Notes: generated by a model from the letters alone, not told the origin. A stretch of 36,784 bases of DNA from a virus (IMGVR_UViG_2778261535_000012:1-36784), one strand, 5' to 3'. Counted from the first letter of the stretch, positions 1-10,668 are shown. Numbers and translations are program-made.

Positions 1-999
1 ACCTACAGAAAAATCAAAGTCAGTATGGGTAGTAGAGCCTGCCGGTGTATCTGGTGCTGTAGTCCATAACTTAATCGTATTATCTATATTCTGTACCGCT
101 ATTCCCTGATGACCCAGCCTGTCCTCAGGAAGCATAAAATCAGAAGATGTGTTTTTAATTTTTGAATCAGCAGAATATTTATTCCAGACAGAAACAGTCG
201 TAGGGTTTCCATCTATTTCTGTATTGTGATTGGAATAATAAGCTCTGCTTACAGGATCATATGCAAAAGTTTGCAATGTTCTTATTCGTCCGCGACCATT
301 AGCAATTGGTATAAACCGTATAGCAGAATTAGCTTCATGCCCAATGGCATTAACGTCCCATGCAGGTCGCTTGCTTGTAACTAGTTCGCCATTAACAGGA
401 ATGACTTTTCCGCCAACCAACCATTTCCCGTTAATATAGGTATTCCTGAAAAATGTTCTGGAGGTAAAATAAGTTTTACCGCGCATATCAACAACCATGG
501 ATGTAACATCATCTTCCAGTTGTTCAAATGCCTGCGTATCATCCGCAATGCCATCACCTTTTGCTCCCCAGCCGCGTGGATCTGTTTCATCACGCCATCG
601 TGCAATCTGCAATTCTGGATATTTTTTAGCACCATCCGGGTCTTCTAATTGCTGCCGTAGCTGGTCAGGGTCGTACTTCAGCACATTAGGAAAATTGAAC
701 TGCTGAGCACCATACGCATCATAAACAGCCATAGAATGACCCTGCACAGTAACGAACTTGGCAATCTGTCCGTTATATACCGGATATCCAGCAGCGTTAA
801 TGATGATTGGTTGCGAAACAGGAACGTGAGAGCCGTCTTCGTTTTCCACATAAACCTGAATCTGGTTTTCAGGATTTACAGGGTCAGTGTCAATTTTTCC
901 GATATAAATTTTGCCATTGGCTACGGCTTTAAAAGAACGCGCCATAGTGAATAGTTGCGATGGCATACTCACTACAACATTGGCTGTAATGTCTGTCAT
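1..999 (-). CDS. Tailspike protein, N-terminal part (333 codons, open to window edge)
   Basis: Hand translation from ATG at 999 (GGAG 8 nt upstream) gives [34 protein letters not shown]..., which matches the P22-family tailspike head-binding domain from memory. No in-frame stop down to position 1. The downstream part diverges and contains a [12 protein letters not shown] beta-helix-type motif. Confidence 0.85.
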   Translation of the reverse strand, partial: MTDITANVVVSMPSQLFTMARSFKAVANGKIYIGKIDTDPVNPENQIQVYVENEDGSHVPVSQPIIINAAGYPVYNGQIAKFVTVQGHSMAVYDAYGAQQFNFPNVLKYDPDQLRQQLEDPDGAKKYPELQIARWRDETDPRGWGAKGDGIADDTQAFEQLEDDVTSMVVDMRGKTYFTSRTFFRNTYINGKWLVGGKVIPVNGELVTSKRPAWDVNAIGHEANSAIRFIPIANGRGRIRTLQTFAYDPVSRAYYSNHNTEIDGNPTTVSVWNKYSADSKIKNTSSDFMLPEDRLGHQGIAVQNIDNTIKLWTTAPDTPAGSTTHTDFDFSVG

Positions 1000-1099
1000 T
1001 TAATTTGCTCCAGATGCAAAGAATCGCCGCAGCATGGCCACGGTGAATTTTGGGCATAAAAAAACCCAGCCGAAGCTGGGTCGTTGCGTTGGTTATCTG

Positions 1100-2035
1100 T
1101 CAGTAATTATGTACTGAAGGAGGTAATTCTTTATTCTTAAGTCTCATCCATGCGGAAAGATTCGTTGGTCCGTCTGGCTCATTGATATCAACATCTCGTG
1201 TGTGATTAATTAAAACGTCTCTCGCTATATCTATAATACGGGAGAACTCATAACCGCAGTCATGACATCTGCCGGAATAGTTCGATTGAATTTGTTTCAG
1301 CGCCGGATACAGTTCGCGGAATAATGCCTGTGAGCGGTTGGCATAATCCCATAACCATACAAGGCTGTTTGCTTCTTTTGCAGAAAGCTCGTTGGTTTTC
1401 TTCTCTTGTTTGCCAATGAACTCACCTTCAAGTGGAACTCGAGCTGCAAGTGATAGTGCTTCGGTAAACTGCTCCTCACTGATTTCTTTGTACGAACATC
1501 CAAAATGGGATTTTAGTGACGACCACATGGTGATCATCGCCTTAGCCTGTTTTTCTTTTGGTAGAGACTGACCGCGACTCATGACGAGTTGTTTAATGGC
1601 TTCCTGCTGTTCAGTGGTGATTTTACCCGGCAACGCCTTTTTAGCTTTGCGTGGGTTAACTACATGGCCTTTAGTCCAGTAGTCATGCAGCACGCTAAAG
1701 CATTCATCCTGGTACTGAATCAGTTTATCACGGATGTCAGCACGAACTTTCTCAGGGTTGATGCTGAACAGCCATCCATTTAACTTCTTCAAAGGAAGGC
1801 AGAGTAGCTTACGAAGCTTCCCATCAGCGGCAACCATGTTCATATGAACACAGTTGAATTTGCTAATCTGCTTCATGAGTTTTGTTTGCTGCGTTGACCA
1901 GCTCATTCCAAGGTTTTCAACGATTGGCTTCATCGCAACATATGCAACTCCGGCAGCCATGGCGGTGATAATTTGCTGACCGTTGAATGGTACGTAAGAG
2001 GTGTTCACTGCTTCTAAAATTGCTATACTATTCAT
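1100..2035 (-). CDS. ant: Antirepressor Ant
   Basis: Translation [22 protein letters not shown]... resembles P22 Ant; position next to arc/mnt. Start chosen at the internal Met (ATG 2035) rather than the ORF-track start at 2101. Confidence 0.75.
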   Translation of the reverse strand: MNSIAILEAVNTSYVPFNGQQIITAMAAGVAYVAMKPIVENLGMSWSTQQTKLMKQISKFNCVHMNMVAADGKLRKLLCLPLKKLNGWLFSINPEKVRADIRDKLIQYQDECFSVLHDYWTKGHVVNPRKAKKALPGKITTEQQEAIKQLVMSRGQSLPKEKQAKAMITMWSSLKSHFGCSYKEISEEQFTEALSLAARVPLEGEFIGKQEKKTNELSAKEANSLVWLWDYANRSQALFRELYPALKQIQSNYSGRCHDCGYEFSRIIDIARDVLINHTRDVDINEPDGPTNLSAWMRLKNKELPPSVHNY

Positions 2036-2097
2036 GTTGGTTTTTCTCCACGGATTTACTGACAACCGAAGCCCTGACTGTTCCCGCAGTTGGGGCT

Positions 2098-2301
2098 TCA
2101 ACTTTCTGCTCTATCAGTTATATCTTTCCCTTCGTATACTTCACCTATATTGCTAATGCTGGCAGAACATCCAAGATGCTTGTATCTTATGATGTCCAAC
2201 ACGCAGTCACTACACAGCATCCGACCTGTTTCTTTAGAGTAAATGTATGTTTGATCAGCGTCTGATTCGCTAATGCCGCAGAAACAACATTCTTTACTCA
2301 T
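2098..2301 (-). CDS. Small Cys-rich protein (zinc-ribbon-like, CxC...CxxC), unknown function
   Basis: 67-aa ORF; its ATG overlaps the arc-like stop (ATGA), which suggests translational coupling. Cysteine pairs CCFC and CSDC. Confidence 0.5.
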   Translation of the reverse strand: MSKECCFCGISESDADQTYIYSKETGRMLCSDCVLDIIRYKHLGCSASISNIGEVYEGKDITDRAES

Positions 2302-2438
2302 ACTGTTATCCCCTCTCTTTTCAGGCTGTCCAACACCCGTTTAATTACTTCTGCGCTAAATGAGCGACACTCTTCCTTTGCTTTCTCTTCAAGGATTTTT
2401 TCTAACTTCTCTGGCATACGCAGTGTTTTTACCTTCAT
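2298..2438 (-). CDS. arc: Arc-like ribbon-helix-helix repressor
   Basis: Hand translation [46 protein letters not shown] (46 aa, below the ORF-track cutoff); RHH-like N-terminus; divergent from mnt as in P22 immI. Confidence 0.6.
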   Translation of the reverse strand: MKVKTLRMPEKLEKILEEKAKEECRSFSAEVIKRVLDSLKREGITV

Positions 2439-2440
2439 TG

Positions 2441-2543
2441 CATCCTCCGTTGTATGTGGTACGCATACATAGTATTTAGGTACGCATTGATAGTCAATAG
2501 ATACCTACATATCCTGTGGTAAAAAATTATTCAGGATGCGCCG
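2441..2543. promoter_or_regulatory. Divergent promoter/operator region between arc-ant and mnt operons
   Basis: Direct repeats GGTACGCAT at 2458-2466 and 2479-2487 (21 bp apart) and partially palindromic AGGTA...TACCT at 2478-2506 between two divergently transcribed RHH repressor genes. Confidence 0.4.
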
Positions 2544-2795
2544 ATGTCTGATCGTAAGTACAAAAACCCTCAAGTGAATCTGAGGCTTCCTGTAGAGATA
2601 AAGGAACGTCTTATTGAGCTGGCTGAGGCTAATTCTCGTTCATTAAATGCTGAGATGGTAGCAGCACTTGAGGCATGGACTGAAAAAAATAAACATATTC
2701 AAGCACTAGATCTTGCAACTATAGCATCGCGGTTGATAGAGCTTGAGCATGAGGTTGAGAAGTTAAAATGTATGCATGGCAACAGTGAAAAATGA
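2544..2795 (+). CDS. mnt: Mnt-like RHH repressor (maintenance of lysogeny)
   Basis: 83 aa, same length as P22 Mnt; N-terminal RHH pattern (NLRLPVEIKERL...ANSRSLNAEMV); divergent from arc. Confidence 0.7.
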   Translation: MSDRKYKNPQVNLRLPVEIKERLIELAEANSRSLNAEMVAALEAWTEKNKHIQALDLATIASRLIELEHEVEKLKCMHGNSEK

Positions 2796-3106
2796 AACGT
2801 ATCGCTATTTTGTTAATATTGTTCTTCTCTACAATAGTTTGCGCCAAACAAAAATCAGATAATGGCGATCTTAAAGGCCTGCAAGAACTCATGATAACTT
2901 CGAAATTTGCTGGCATGTGCGGCACAATCAAACAAATGGCAACATTTCAAGAATCAACAAAAATGCCTGGCGGAGATGAGTTCTTACAGCGTTTTCTGAC
3001 CACAGAGCAAGCAAGACTAGGAATGAATCCACAGGAGTTTCTTGAAACATGCCAGAAGTCAATTTCAGCTTATACCAATTATTACAATCTAACTTCTGAT
3101 AAATAA
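2792..3106 (+). CDS. Exported protein with N-terminal signal peptide, unknown function (moron)
   Basis: MKRIAILLILFFSTIVCAKQ signal-peptide-like N-terminus; ATG overlaps mnt stop (ATGA). Confidence 0.6.
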   Translation: MKRIAILLILFFSTIVCAKQKSDNGDLKGLQELMITSKFAGMCGTIKQMATFQESTKMPGGDEFLQRFLTTEQARLGMNPQEFLETCQKSISAYTNYYNLTSDK

Positions 3107-3131
3107 TAGAAAGGATTTTATAAATAACTTT

Positions 3132-3617
3132 ATGAAAAAATCACTATTAATTATCCCGCTTCTGCTGGCTGGATGCGCAAAAGTAAGTGACTACCAAGCA
3201 AGTTGCGAACAACGCTATCCAAAGCTTAGTGATATGGCTAATTGCCTTGATGCCAGCGTGAAGAACGACTCACGCATGGCATCAGCACCAACACCTAAGC
3301 TGTATGTCCTTGCTGCGAAGATGCTCGGGCAAGGTGTCGATGAAGGCAAGATAAGTGACGCACAGGCAAGACTTGAGCTTCAGAATCTTTACGTTCAATT
3401 ACAAAGCCAAGAACAAGCCCAACAAATAGCGCAAAGCCAAGCATTCCAGCAGGCTTTATTGAATTATCAGGCTGTAAACACAATGCAAGCGATCGAGCAA
3501 AAAGCGCGCCAGCCTGTTATAACTCAACCTTACCCAACACGCGTTGACACATATACAAACTGCAATTCAGGATTTGGAAACACGGTAACATGCAACAGTA
3601 GCAGTAATATCAGGTAG
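3132..3617 (+). CDS. Lipoprotein with Q-rich C-terminal region, unknown function (moron)
   Basis: MKKSLLIIPLLLAGCAK has a lipobox (LAGC); occupies the position of sieA in P22 between mnt and gene 16. Confidence 0.65.
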   Translation: MKKSLLIIPLLLAGCAKVSDYQASCEQRYPKLSDMANCLDASVKNDSRMASAPTPKLYVLAAKMLGQGVDEGKISDAQARLELQNLYVQLQSQEQAQQIAQSQAFQQALLNYQAVNTMQAIEQKARQPVITQPYPTRVDTYTNCNSGFGNTVTCNSSSNIR

Positions 3618-3631
3618 TTATATCTTATCTT

Positions 3632-5479
3632 TTATTGCTGTTCTGCTGTAATTTGGCTTGAAAGTATAGGGCGTATCGCATTTGCAGCATTATTTAGCGC
3701 TCTTTCATAGGCTGGTGTTCCTGCTTTGGTGTTTGCCAAACGTAAGAGAGCATTCCTTGCTGCTTTGGACTCATACAAGCGCATCATTGCACCGAAACCA
3801 GCCTCAAGCCCCATTGATACGCCAAGAGTCGCAGTTGCGCCAATCGTCCTTATCCTGTTGGCTTGCGATTGCCCCGTCTGAGTTACTACATTTGCGGTGT
3901 CTGACCTTGCTGTTTGCTGTAGAACTTCATGAAGAGAATCAAGCTCTTTCATGTGCTTTCCAGAAAAAATAGTGTTGTAAATTTCACCACCTGACTGAGA
4001 TTTCAGCTTATTAACTTCAGTGATGAACTTGGCTGGAGAGTCACCGGCCTTTTCCGCTATTTTGCTGACGTAAGCTGCACGCATAGCATCTTTCCCTTTA
4101 TCATCCAATGCGCTCCAGATTCGTTTCACGTCAGATGGTTTTCTGCTTAATACAACGATATTTATAAGTTCAGGACTGGCTTCACTGCTTGCCTTGTTGA
4201 GCTTGTTAGCAATGCTTTTATTAAGCACCTTATTATAAACGTTTGCATAATCGGAATTTGCTTTAAGGTATTTTGCTGCGTCTGACGCACCGAGGTTTTT
4301 TGCAACTGCGTTACGAAGGTCTTTTGACATTGCATTCTCTACCATATTGGTAGCTGCTTTTGCCTGGTTGGGGAAGACCATAGCATCTCCCTGAACATTA
4401 GATCTAAATGCTGTTCTGTGCTGACGCAATAGATCAAACGTAACATCCAAATCAGTTGCAGGGTTTGCTAATTCTTCACGTAGGTTACGCAAGGATGTAA
4501 GCAGGCTTTGATTGGCTGAAGTCCCAAGCCGTTCCTGTCTTGCGATCGCTGTATTCAGAGCATTCATGGTATTTGTGGTATCAACTGCGGCATTACCCAT
4601 TTTATTGGTGACGTCATTGATAACAGCGCCAGCAGCATCCTTCCGCCCCCTTAACGTGGTGGTCAGAGATTTCACCACATCATCAGGGTTGTACTCACCA
4701 AAACGGTCAAAATAATTGCTTACCAGCTTACTACGCGTTGCATATTGCTCCGCTCGCTTTGAGCCTGTCCCGAGCAAAGCCCCCTCGGCATCCTGAGTAA
4801 TGCCGCGAGTGAAGGCATTATTCGGCGGGATAACATCAGATGTCATTGGTGTCACGCCCATCGATTCTGATGTGGCAATTTTCTTCACCACTTCTGGTGC
4901 AATATCACCTTTTATAGCCGTTATTCCACGCCCTATTCCCTTTGCTGCTGCGGAAAGAACCCCCTGAGCGGCAAGGTTAACTCCGGCATTTTTGGCTGCA
5001 TTTTGTGCGAAATCGCCTTTCTGATTTGCGGCCTCTGCCAGTGATCCAATAGCCATGCTTCCTGCCGTTCCAACTCCTGGAACTAAATACCCGCCAATTG
5101 TTTCTCCAGCTTGCGCATAAGGGTCTGTCGGTCGATCGACTGGACGATAGACATCATCCAATACTTTTGGCCCACCAAGCCCCTGACTGATTGCATTAAT
5201 CAGACTTGCGCCACCCTGCAATACGTCAAATGGTATGTTTACCAGACCACGACCAGCCTGTTCTGCAATTTGCCCTGCACTTTGACCACCAGTGAGCCAA
5301 TCGCCAGCTTGTTGCATCAATGATGGTTCTTCCCGTGTTGGTGCATTATTGGCCTGATTAACTGTTTGTTGCTGAACAGCCTGACCAGCAAAATACTCAT
5401 CAATGGCGGTGCCAATATCTTCGGTGCTCGTACCATCAGGAAAGGTAAATGTCTTACCGTTTGCAGTTACTTTCATCAT
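3632..5479 (-). CDS. DNA ejection/injection protein (P22 gp16-like)
   Basis: 615 aa (P22 gp16 about 609 aa); conserved position at the end of the virion module; Ala/Gly-rich. Confidence 0.75.
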   Translation of the reverse strand: MMKVTANGKTFTFPDGTSTEDIGTAIDEYFAGQAVQQQTVNQANNAPTREEPSLMQQAGDWLTGGQSAGQIAEQAGRGLVNIPFDVLQGGASLINAISQGLGGPKVLDDVYRPVDRPTDPYAQAGETIGGYLVPGVGTAGSMAIGSLAEAANQKGDFAQNAAKNAGVNLAAQGVLSAAAKGIGRGITAIKGDIAPEVVKKIATSESMGVTPMTSDVIPPNNAFTRGITQDAEGALLGTGSKRAEQYATRSKLVSNYFDRFGEYNPDDVVKSLTTTLRGRKDAAGAVINDVTNKMGNAAVDTTNTMNALNTAIARQERLGTSANQSLLTSLRNLREELANPATDLDVTFDLLRQHRTAFRSNVQGDAMVFPNQAKAATNMVENAMSKDLRNAVAKNLGASDAAKYLKANSDYANVYNKVLNKSIANKLNKASSEASPELINIVVLSRKPSDVKRIWSALDDKGKDAMRAAYVSKIAEKAGDSPAKFITEVNKLKSQSGGEIYNTIFSGKHMKELDSLHEVLQQTARSDTANVVTQTGQSQANRIRTIGATATLGVSMGLEAGFGAMMRLYESKAARNALLRLANTKAGTPAYERALNNAANAIRPILSSQITAEQQ

Positions 5480-6891
5480 TCCACCGTAAATTGAATGCCT
5501 GATTTTGAGGTATATGATCCAACCTGATTCCGTGGTTCTCCTGAAGGTGTCGAATCTTGTGCTGGCGCTGCGTCAGTATTCATTGACATATACCGCTTAA
5601 CGGCACTCCCCAATGATTCACCTTTTTTAACATCCAACCCCAATATCTGACCGCCATTACGCGATTGTCCAGGGTTGCCATTCGCGCTCATCCACTCGGC
5701 TTTAAACTCATTAAACTGCGCGTTTCGTCGCTCAAGGTTTGCCATTGCATCAAGCCATCTTGCGACCGTCTCAGGGTTATCCATGTCAGTTGGCGCACCC
5801 TGTCGAACGATCTCAACGTCTTTATCCGTTGCTGGGCCGGGAGGTAGGAATTTAAGAACCTGACTGTTAACAAGGGCATTTTGGCGAATGCGCAAATCAC
5901 GCAATGTCGTATCGCTTCCGGTAAGTTTTGCGAACATGTTCTGTGCGTTACCGAACAAACCTGTCGTTGGTTTTTCTGCTCTGAACTGTTGAGCAAGCGC
6001 ACTCATGGAATTGGCTGAGTTTGATGATGCTGTGGCATTGTTTACAGCCGTCTCGATGCCTTTTTCCATGTTTACTGACAGCTTAGGTGCTTCGCTAATC
6101 AACTGCTGAGCCTTTTCCTGCGCTTGCTGCATCTTAAACCCGAACTCTTGCTGATCCAGAGCCAAACGTTGTGCTGCGATATTGTGCCCAGTCATTGCTG
6201 ACTGATAGGAAAGGTTTTGTCCTCTCGCCTGAAGTGCTTCACCAGCCTGATTGCTGCGGATTGTCTCTGCCAGCCTGCCTCGGTCAATTTCACGACCAGC
6301 CATCTTATCCTGAACAGCAAACGCCTTTTCTGGTCCAAGCGCACCGAGAGACATAGTAGTCAGCATGTGTGATAGCTGCTCTGGATTCTGGATACCTGTC
6401 TGAATCATCCAGTCAGCATTAGCACCAACGCGATTTAACCTGTCCTTGTTGTCAGTAATGAATTTACTGTAGGCTTCCGGCCCCTGAGAAAGAGCGACGT
6501 TAGCCCTCATGGCTAAATCGCCCATATCGTTGCGTTGCTGATCATTAAGACCGGAAAACGCCTGTTGTGCCTGTGCAACAAACGCTGGATTTTCCTGGGC
6601 AAACTTAAATAGTCCCGATGGATCACCAGAAGCCCATGCATCAGCGTGAACCTTATTGAACGCACTAATAGCTTTCTGTTGCTGTTCCTGATTGTAAATA
6701 TCAGCAACTCCAGCCAGACCACGTAACGCGGTCAGACCAACGTTATTTGCACCTGAGCGAGCCAGTTCATTGTTTTCGCGGATCAGACCAAGCGTTGCGT
6801 TAATGTCGCTTGCCTTTGGCGCATTCTCATTTTGCGCACCAATGCCAGCCAGAAAACCACCAGAATTAATACCCTGTTGCCACGTAGCCAT
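5476..6891 (-). CDS. DNA ejection protein (P22 gp20-like)
   Basis: 471 aa, same size as P22 gp20; synteny. Confidence 0.75.
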   Translation of the reverse strand: MATWQQGINSGGFLAGIGAQNENAPKASDINATLGLIRENNELARSGANNVGLTALRGLAGVADIYNQEQQQKAISAFNKVHADAWASGDPSGLFKFAQENPAFVAQAQQAFSGLNDQQRNDMGDLAMRANVALSQGPEAYSKFITDNKDRLNRVGANADWMIQTGIQNPEQLSHMLTTMSLGALGPEKAFAVQDKMAGREIDRGRLAETIRSNQAGEALQARGQNLSYQSAMTGHNIAAQRLALDQQEFGFKMQQAQEKAQQLISEAPKLSVNMEKGIETAVNNATASSNSANSMSALAQQFRAEKPTTGLFGNAQNMFAKLTGSDTTLRDLRIRQNALVNSQVLKFLPPGPATDKDVEIVRQGAPTDMDNPETVARWLDAMANLERRNAQFNEFKAEWMSANGNPGQSRNGGQILGLDVKKGESLGSAVKRYMSMNTDAAPAQDSTPSGEPRNQVGSYTSKSGIQFTVE

Positions 6892-6901
6892 TGATTACCC
6901 C

Positions 6902-7594
6902 TTAAAACAACGAGCCAAGCAGACCAAGACCGCCGCCAACAGCGGCACCAATACCAGTACCAATACCGGGAACAATGCTGCCAAGCTGTGCTCCAGCAAT
7001 TGCTCCAGAGGCAGCCCCGCCTATTGCAGATTGAAGGCCGGAAGGTCTATTAGCGTTTGCCGCCGCCAGTGCCGCGCTTTGCTGTGAAATCTGGCTCATG
7101 TTGTTGGCATATGTTTGCCCGGCGTTTGCCTGCCCCTGAAGAGCGCCAAGACCAATATTTGCCAGATTCTGGTAGTTGTTCATCTGGCCAGACAGCCACT
7201 GCTGACCAAGCGTTGGTGCGATTGTTGCTAACTGATTACTGGTTGCGGTGGAACCTAATCCACCTGTTGCTTCCGCTGCCGCCAGACTCTGATAGCGCGC
7301 CTGACCAGCAAGGTCTTTGTACTGCTGAGAGTTGTAATACTGGTTAAGCGCCTGACCTTGCCCCTCCAGAGACGATAAGTTCTCGAGGCTGCCGACATAC
7401 TTCTCAGCCAGAGGAGTAAACGGTTTCAGGTTGTTCATGATGGTGTTGAACTGCTGATTTTGCAGGTCTGCGGAATACTTCTGGGCTTCTGCTGCATACT
7501 TTGCGCTTTTATCGGCTCCACCTTTCCCGCCTTTTTCAGGGCAATAAGGTTCCTCGCCGCGCAGTTTTCTGCCCAGCTTAAATGCATATAACAT
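6902..7594 (-). CDS. DNA ejection protein (P22 gp7-like)
   Basis: 230 aa (P22 gp7 about 229 aa); Gly/Ala-rich hydrophobic C-terminus; synteny. Confidence 0.7.
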   Translation of the reverse strand: MLYAFKLGRKLRGEEPYCPEKGGKGGADKSAKYAAEAQKYSADLQNQQFNTIMNNLKPFTPLAEKYVGSLENLSSLEGQGQALNQYYNSQQYKDLAGQARYQSLAAAEATGGLGSTATSNQLATIAPTLGQQWLSGQMNNYQNLANIGLGALQGQANAGQTYANNMSQISQQSAALAAANANRPSGLQSAIGGAASGAIAGAQLGSIVPGIGTGIGAAVGGGLGLLGSLF

Positions 7595-7596
7595 GG

Positions 7597-8052
7597 CTAT
7601 CTCCCGTGATTCAGGAAGTCGATTAGTTCTTCGCGTGTAGCGCTGTAAAACGTCACGTCATCCACGCCTTTGAAGTATTTCTTGATGGTTCCTACACGCT
7701 TAAGGCCAATCATTGCGCAGTACATCTGCCCGTGGCGGAATTTGCGTGCGGCGAACGATGTGACGCACTGAACGGTGGTGTTAGTCAGAATGTATCGCCA
7801 GAACGCCAGACCGATTTCCTTGCTGAAGCCACGAACCTCTGGCAGGTACATGGCGTGGCAATCGAATGTCAGCGGCTGAATCTCCTGATAGTAAACAATG
7901 CCGCCGAACTGCCCGTGCACGTTAACCTCAAAGTAACGGCATTCAGGCTTGTAGTCGTATCCATCACCGTTGTTGCTCCCGGCGATAATGTCAGGGTGAT
8001 TTCCTACTGCTTCTATCAGGTCGATGTTTCGCGTTGGTTTGAATGTAATCAT
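7597..8052 (-). CDS. Virion assembly/ejection-associated protein (P22 gp14-like)
   Basis: 151 aa ORF between tail needle and gp7 homologs; assignment by position. Confidence 0.6.
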   Translation of the reverse strand: MITFKPTRNIDLIEAVGNHPDIIAGSNNGDGYDYKPECRYFEVNVHGQFGGIVYYQEIQPLTFDCHAMYLPEVRGFSKEIGLAFWRYILTNTTVQCVTSFAARKFRHGQMYCAMIGLKRVGTIKKYFKGVDDVTFYSATREELIDFLNHGR

Positions 8053-8753
8053 CAGTCAATCAGCCCATGTAATCTAAGTGCTGTTTCAAGCGCCAGAATA
8101 CGCTGCCGCGCCTGCTGCAAACCTGTAGCGAGAGCCGCGACTTCGGATTGTGTGTACGTAGTGCCGACCGTGTATGACTGGTTAGCGTTGAATGAGCCAA
8201 GAAGAGGTGTACCTGTGGCTGCAGTCCATCCGGTATTTCTTGCTCCAATAACCTGAATTCCATCAACTGAATATGATGTTTTTACATCCAGCGGTGACGC
8301 AAGAGACTGCGATTCTGTTACGGTTTTCGATACGTAATCACTCTTAATGCCAGAGACATCGTTTTCTACGTCATCCAGTCTTTGGTCAACAGTGACCAGA
8401 TGCGCCTGAATATCGATAACCTCATCCAGCAAGTAATCAACATCGCTACGCAGTACGACTATCTTCCCTTCGGCGGTTGTTAACCTGACCTCAAGTAGAT
8501 TTATCGCTTTTGTGTTTGCGGTGATTCTTGCATCGTGGTCAGCCAGCTCGACATCCTGTTCATCGTTTTTTACCTGGGCATCGTAAGCGCCCTGACCAGC
8601 CTGATTTGCCTTCCCAGCAATTGCACCGACATCAGCTCCCTGATTTATGACATACAGCAGGTAAGACTGGCTGAATATATTGCGTGGCAAAATTGAAGCA
8701 TCAAGGCGCGTAGCCTGAACCACGACAGGATCATTCAGTGATGAATCAGCCAT
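8052..8753 (-). CDS. Tail needle protein (P22 gp26-like)
   Basis: [25 protein letters not shown]...ALRLHGLID closely matches the P22 gp26 N- and C-terminal regions from memory; 233 aa. Confidence 0.85.
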   Translation of the reverse strand: MADSSLNDPVVVQATRLDASILPRNIFSQSYLLYVINQGADVGAIAGKANQAGQGAYDAQVKNDEQDVELADHDARITANTKAINLLEVRLTTAEGKIVVLRSDVDYLLDEVIDIQAHLVTVDQRLDDVENDVSGIKSDYVSKTVTESQSLASPLDVKTSYSVDGIQVIGARNTGWTAATGTPLLGSFNANQSYTVGTTYTQSEVAALATGLQQARQRILALETALRLHGLID

Positions 8754-9247
8754 TACTCGATCCTCTGCCTTGCAAACTCTCCAAAATTTTCTGCTCTTGC
8801 CATCATTGATGCTGAGATAGCTTCGTCCAGGTCATCGAAGCATCCAACGTGAACCTGTTTTTTATTTTTCTTGAAAGAAACAGTCCACTTGCAGAGATTT
8901 TTGTGCCAACAGACACCCGGATATCCTGACTTATTATTTCTTTGAATATTCCTGTTCATCCCATTCTGGGATCTATTTGCCAATCTTAAATTTGAAAATC
9001 TGTTATCCGTTCTGTCTCCGTTAATATGATCTATTAAGCAATTTGCAGGTTTTCCTGTCATATAAAACCAAGCAAGCCTATGCGCTAAGTATCTCTTACC
9101 ACAGACCATTATCCTTAAATAACCAGTGCACATGGTTCCCGCTTCATCACCAACGGTGACGCTCGCTGTATTTGATATTTTTCGGGTAAAACCCCCGGTT
9201 TCTGGGTCATATGATAAATGACGCTTCAACTCTTCATGTGAAATCAT
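8753..9247 (-). CDS. HNH homing endonuclease with AP2-like DNA-binding domain
   Basis: HNH motif ([26 protein letters not shown]) and AP2-like segment ([17 protein letters not shown]...[12 protein letters not shown]); inserted between gp10 and gp26, which are normally adjacent. Confidence 0.8.
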   Translation of the reverse strand: MISHEELKRHLSYDPETGGFTRKISNTASVTVGDEAGTMCTGYLRIMVCGKRYLAHRLAWFYMTGKPANCLIDHINGDRTDNRFSNLRLANRSQNGMNRNIQRNNKSGYPGVCWHKNLCKWTVSFKKNKKQVHVGCFDDLDEAISASMMARAENFGEFARQRIE

Positions 9248-9249
9248 TA

Positions 9250-10668
9250 TTACTCCAGCCTAATAGAGCAACCAGACAGAGTGACAGGTGACTTAGTGAT
9301 AACGCGCAATTTGAAGCCAATGTTTTTCCTGATGCGCCCTACTTTCTTCCACAAAACGCGTTTGTCGTAAACGAACGGTTCATTCTGCTCAATCATCTGC
9401 TCACGACCGTAATTTATGCCGTCAGTGGTTGCAGAGAGGAACAGGCGGTCAGCGTACTGAGCTACGCCAGTGGATGATTCAACTTCAAGGTCGAAAACTC
9501 TGGCGTTATCCGCTTTGAACAACGGAGTAAACAGCAGGTGTTCCTGCTGCTTGTCGTACTGGCTGCTGATATCGAACTGCAGTTTCCCGGTAACAGATTC
9601 CAGCTTATCGCCGCACGTTATCTGATTGCCTTCGTAAATGAAGTCGATAGCGCGATACACATCGTCATACAGGCCTGTTTTCAGCACACACCATTGCGGA
9701 CCATTGGCGCTTGAAGATGCGTCGTACACAAGGACGTGACGCGAAAGATGGATAATCAGCAACTCATGAGCATCAAACCGCAACGATTCCATCACACCAT
9801 CAGCCAGTTCATCAGCAGTGTAGGAGCGGAGGATTTTCTCAATGCTCGCGCTGGCGATTGGTGATACCTGACCGGAGCCGATGATGTATACAGACGGAGC
9901 ACCTGTTGCCGGATTGCTGATAAACGCATAGGAATCAGCAAACGGCGTTTTGCAGTAAGTTCCGGCAATGCCTTTCTGCACCATCAGTGATGGCTGTGCG
10001 ACATACAAAGCGGCACCAACGGTGGTTGCCCCAGTCAGGGAAAAATATTCAATCGTCGATGAACCAAAGCAGACGATGAAGTCTCGCCATGTTCCGATGC
10101 CGAGGATACCGTCCGGCTGCGATTCTGCGCGATATTGTGCGCTGTAACGGTCAGGATGCGATTCGTCTTCAAGGTCAGTGATAAACCATGAATCCGTGCC
10201 GTCTTTTGACCACGCATAACGCCCACGTAAGCGCGTAATGTCACGGACTGATCCTAATTCATACTGCGTGAATCCGCTGTCTGTAGGCCAGTTTGAGACG
10301 GTTTTAACCGTACCATCATAGCGATACTCGACCAGTTGACCATTAACGCCTACAGCCTGAGATGTCCGACCATGCGCCATTGATACGCGACCACTTCCGG
10401 CAACGTCACCGACCTCGCTTTCGCCCTTATACAACTTGCCACCACACACGCGATACACAGCATTCTGCGCCATGTTGTACTCGACGCCGCGCGATACACC
10501 GTTCACATCAGAACGTTTGGCAATGCCCGGGAATGAGCGAAGATATCCGCTGCTGTTGAGGATTTCTTTGGGTGTAGCCAACATATTCACTGGCAGATAG
10601 TCGATATAGTCGGCGTTTCTAAAGTCTTTGCCGACACCTTTCATAAGCGGAAGTTGCTGAATAGGCAT
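9250..10668 (-). CDS. Tail hub/accessory protein (P22 gp10-like)
   Basis: 472 aa, same size as P22 gp10; synteny between gp4 and tail needle. Confidence 0.7.
   Translation of the reverse strand: MPIQQLPLMKGVGKDFRNADYIDYLPVNMLATPKEILNSSGYLRSFPGIAKRSDVNGVSRGVEYNMAQNAVYRVCGGKLYKGESEVGDVAGSGRVSMAHGRTSQAVGVNGQLVEYRYDGTVKTVSNWPTDSGFTQYELGSVRDITRLRGRYAWSKDGTDSWFITDLEDESHPDRYSAQYRAESQPDGILGIGTWRDFIVCFGSSTIEYFSLTGATTVGAALYVAQPSLMVQKGIAGTYCKTPFADSYAFISNPATGAPSVYIIGSGQVSPIASASIEKILRSYTADELADGVMESLRFDAHELLIIHLSRHVLVYDASSSANGPQWCVLKTGLYDDVYRAIDFIYEGNQITCGDKLESVTGKLQFDISSQYDKQQEHLLFTPLFKADNARVFDLEVESSTGVAQYADRLFLSATTDGINYGREQMIEQNEPFVYDKRVLWKKVGRIRKNIGFKLRVITKSPVTLSGCSIRLE

Noticed and set aside
381-954. 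ORF-track entries 381-635 (-), 497-706 (+) and 736-954 (+)
   Set aside because: They lie inside the uninterrupted tailspike reading frame (minus strand, frame set by ATG at 999) in other frames or antisense; they show low-complexity translations and no independent start signals.
1100-2101. Extended N-terminus of ant (start at 2101)
   Set aside because: Would overlap the Cys-rich gene; the internal Met at 2035 gives the conserved MNSIAIL N-terminus and has an upstream GGAG.
7732-8256. 174-aa plus-strand ORF
   Set aside because: Antisense to the gp14-like and tail needle genes, which have strong homology support; Cys/Val-rich translation typical of a shadow ORF.
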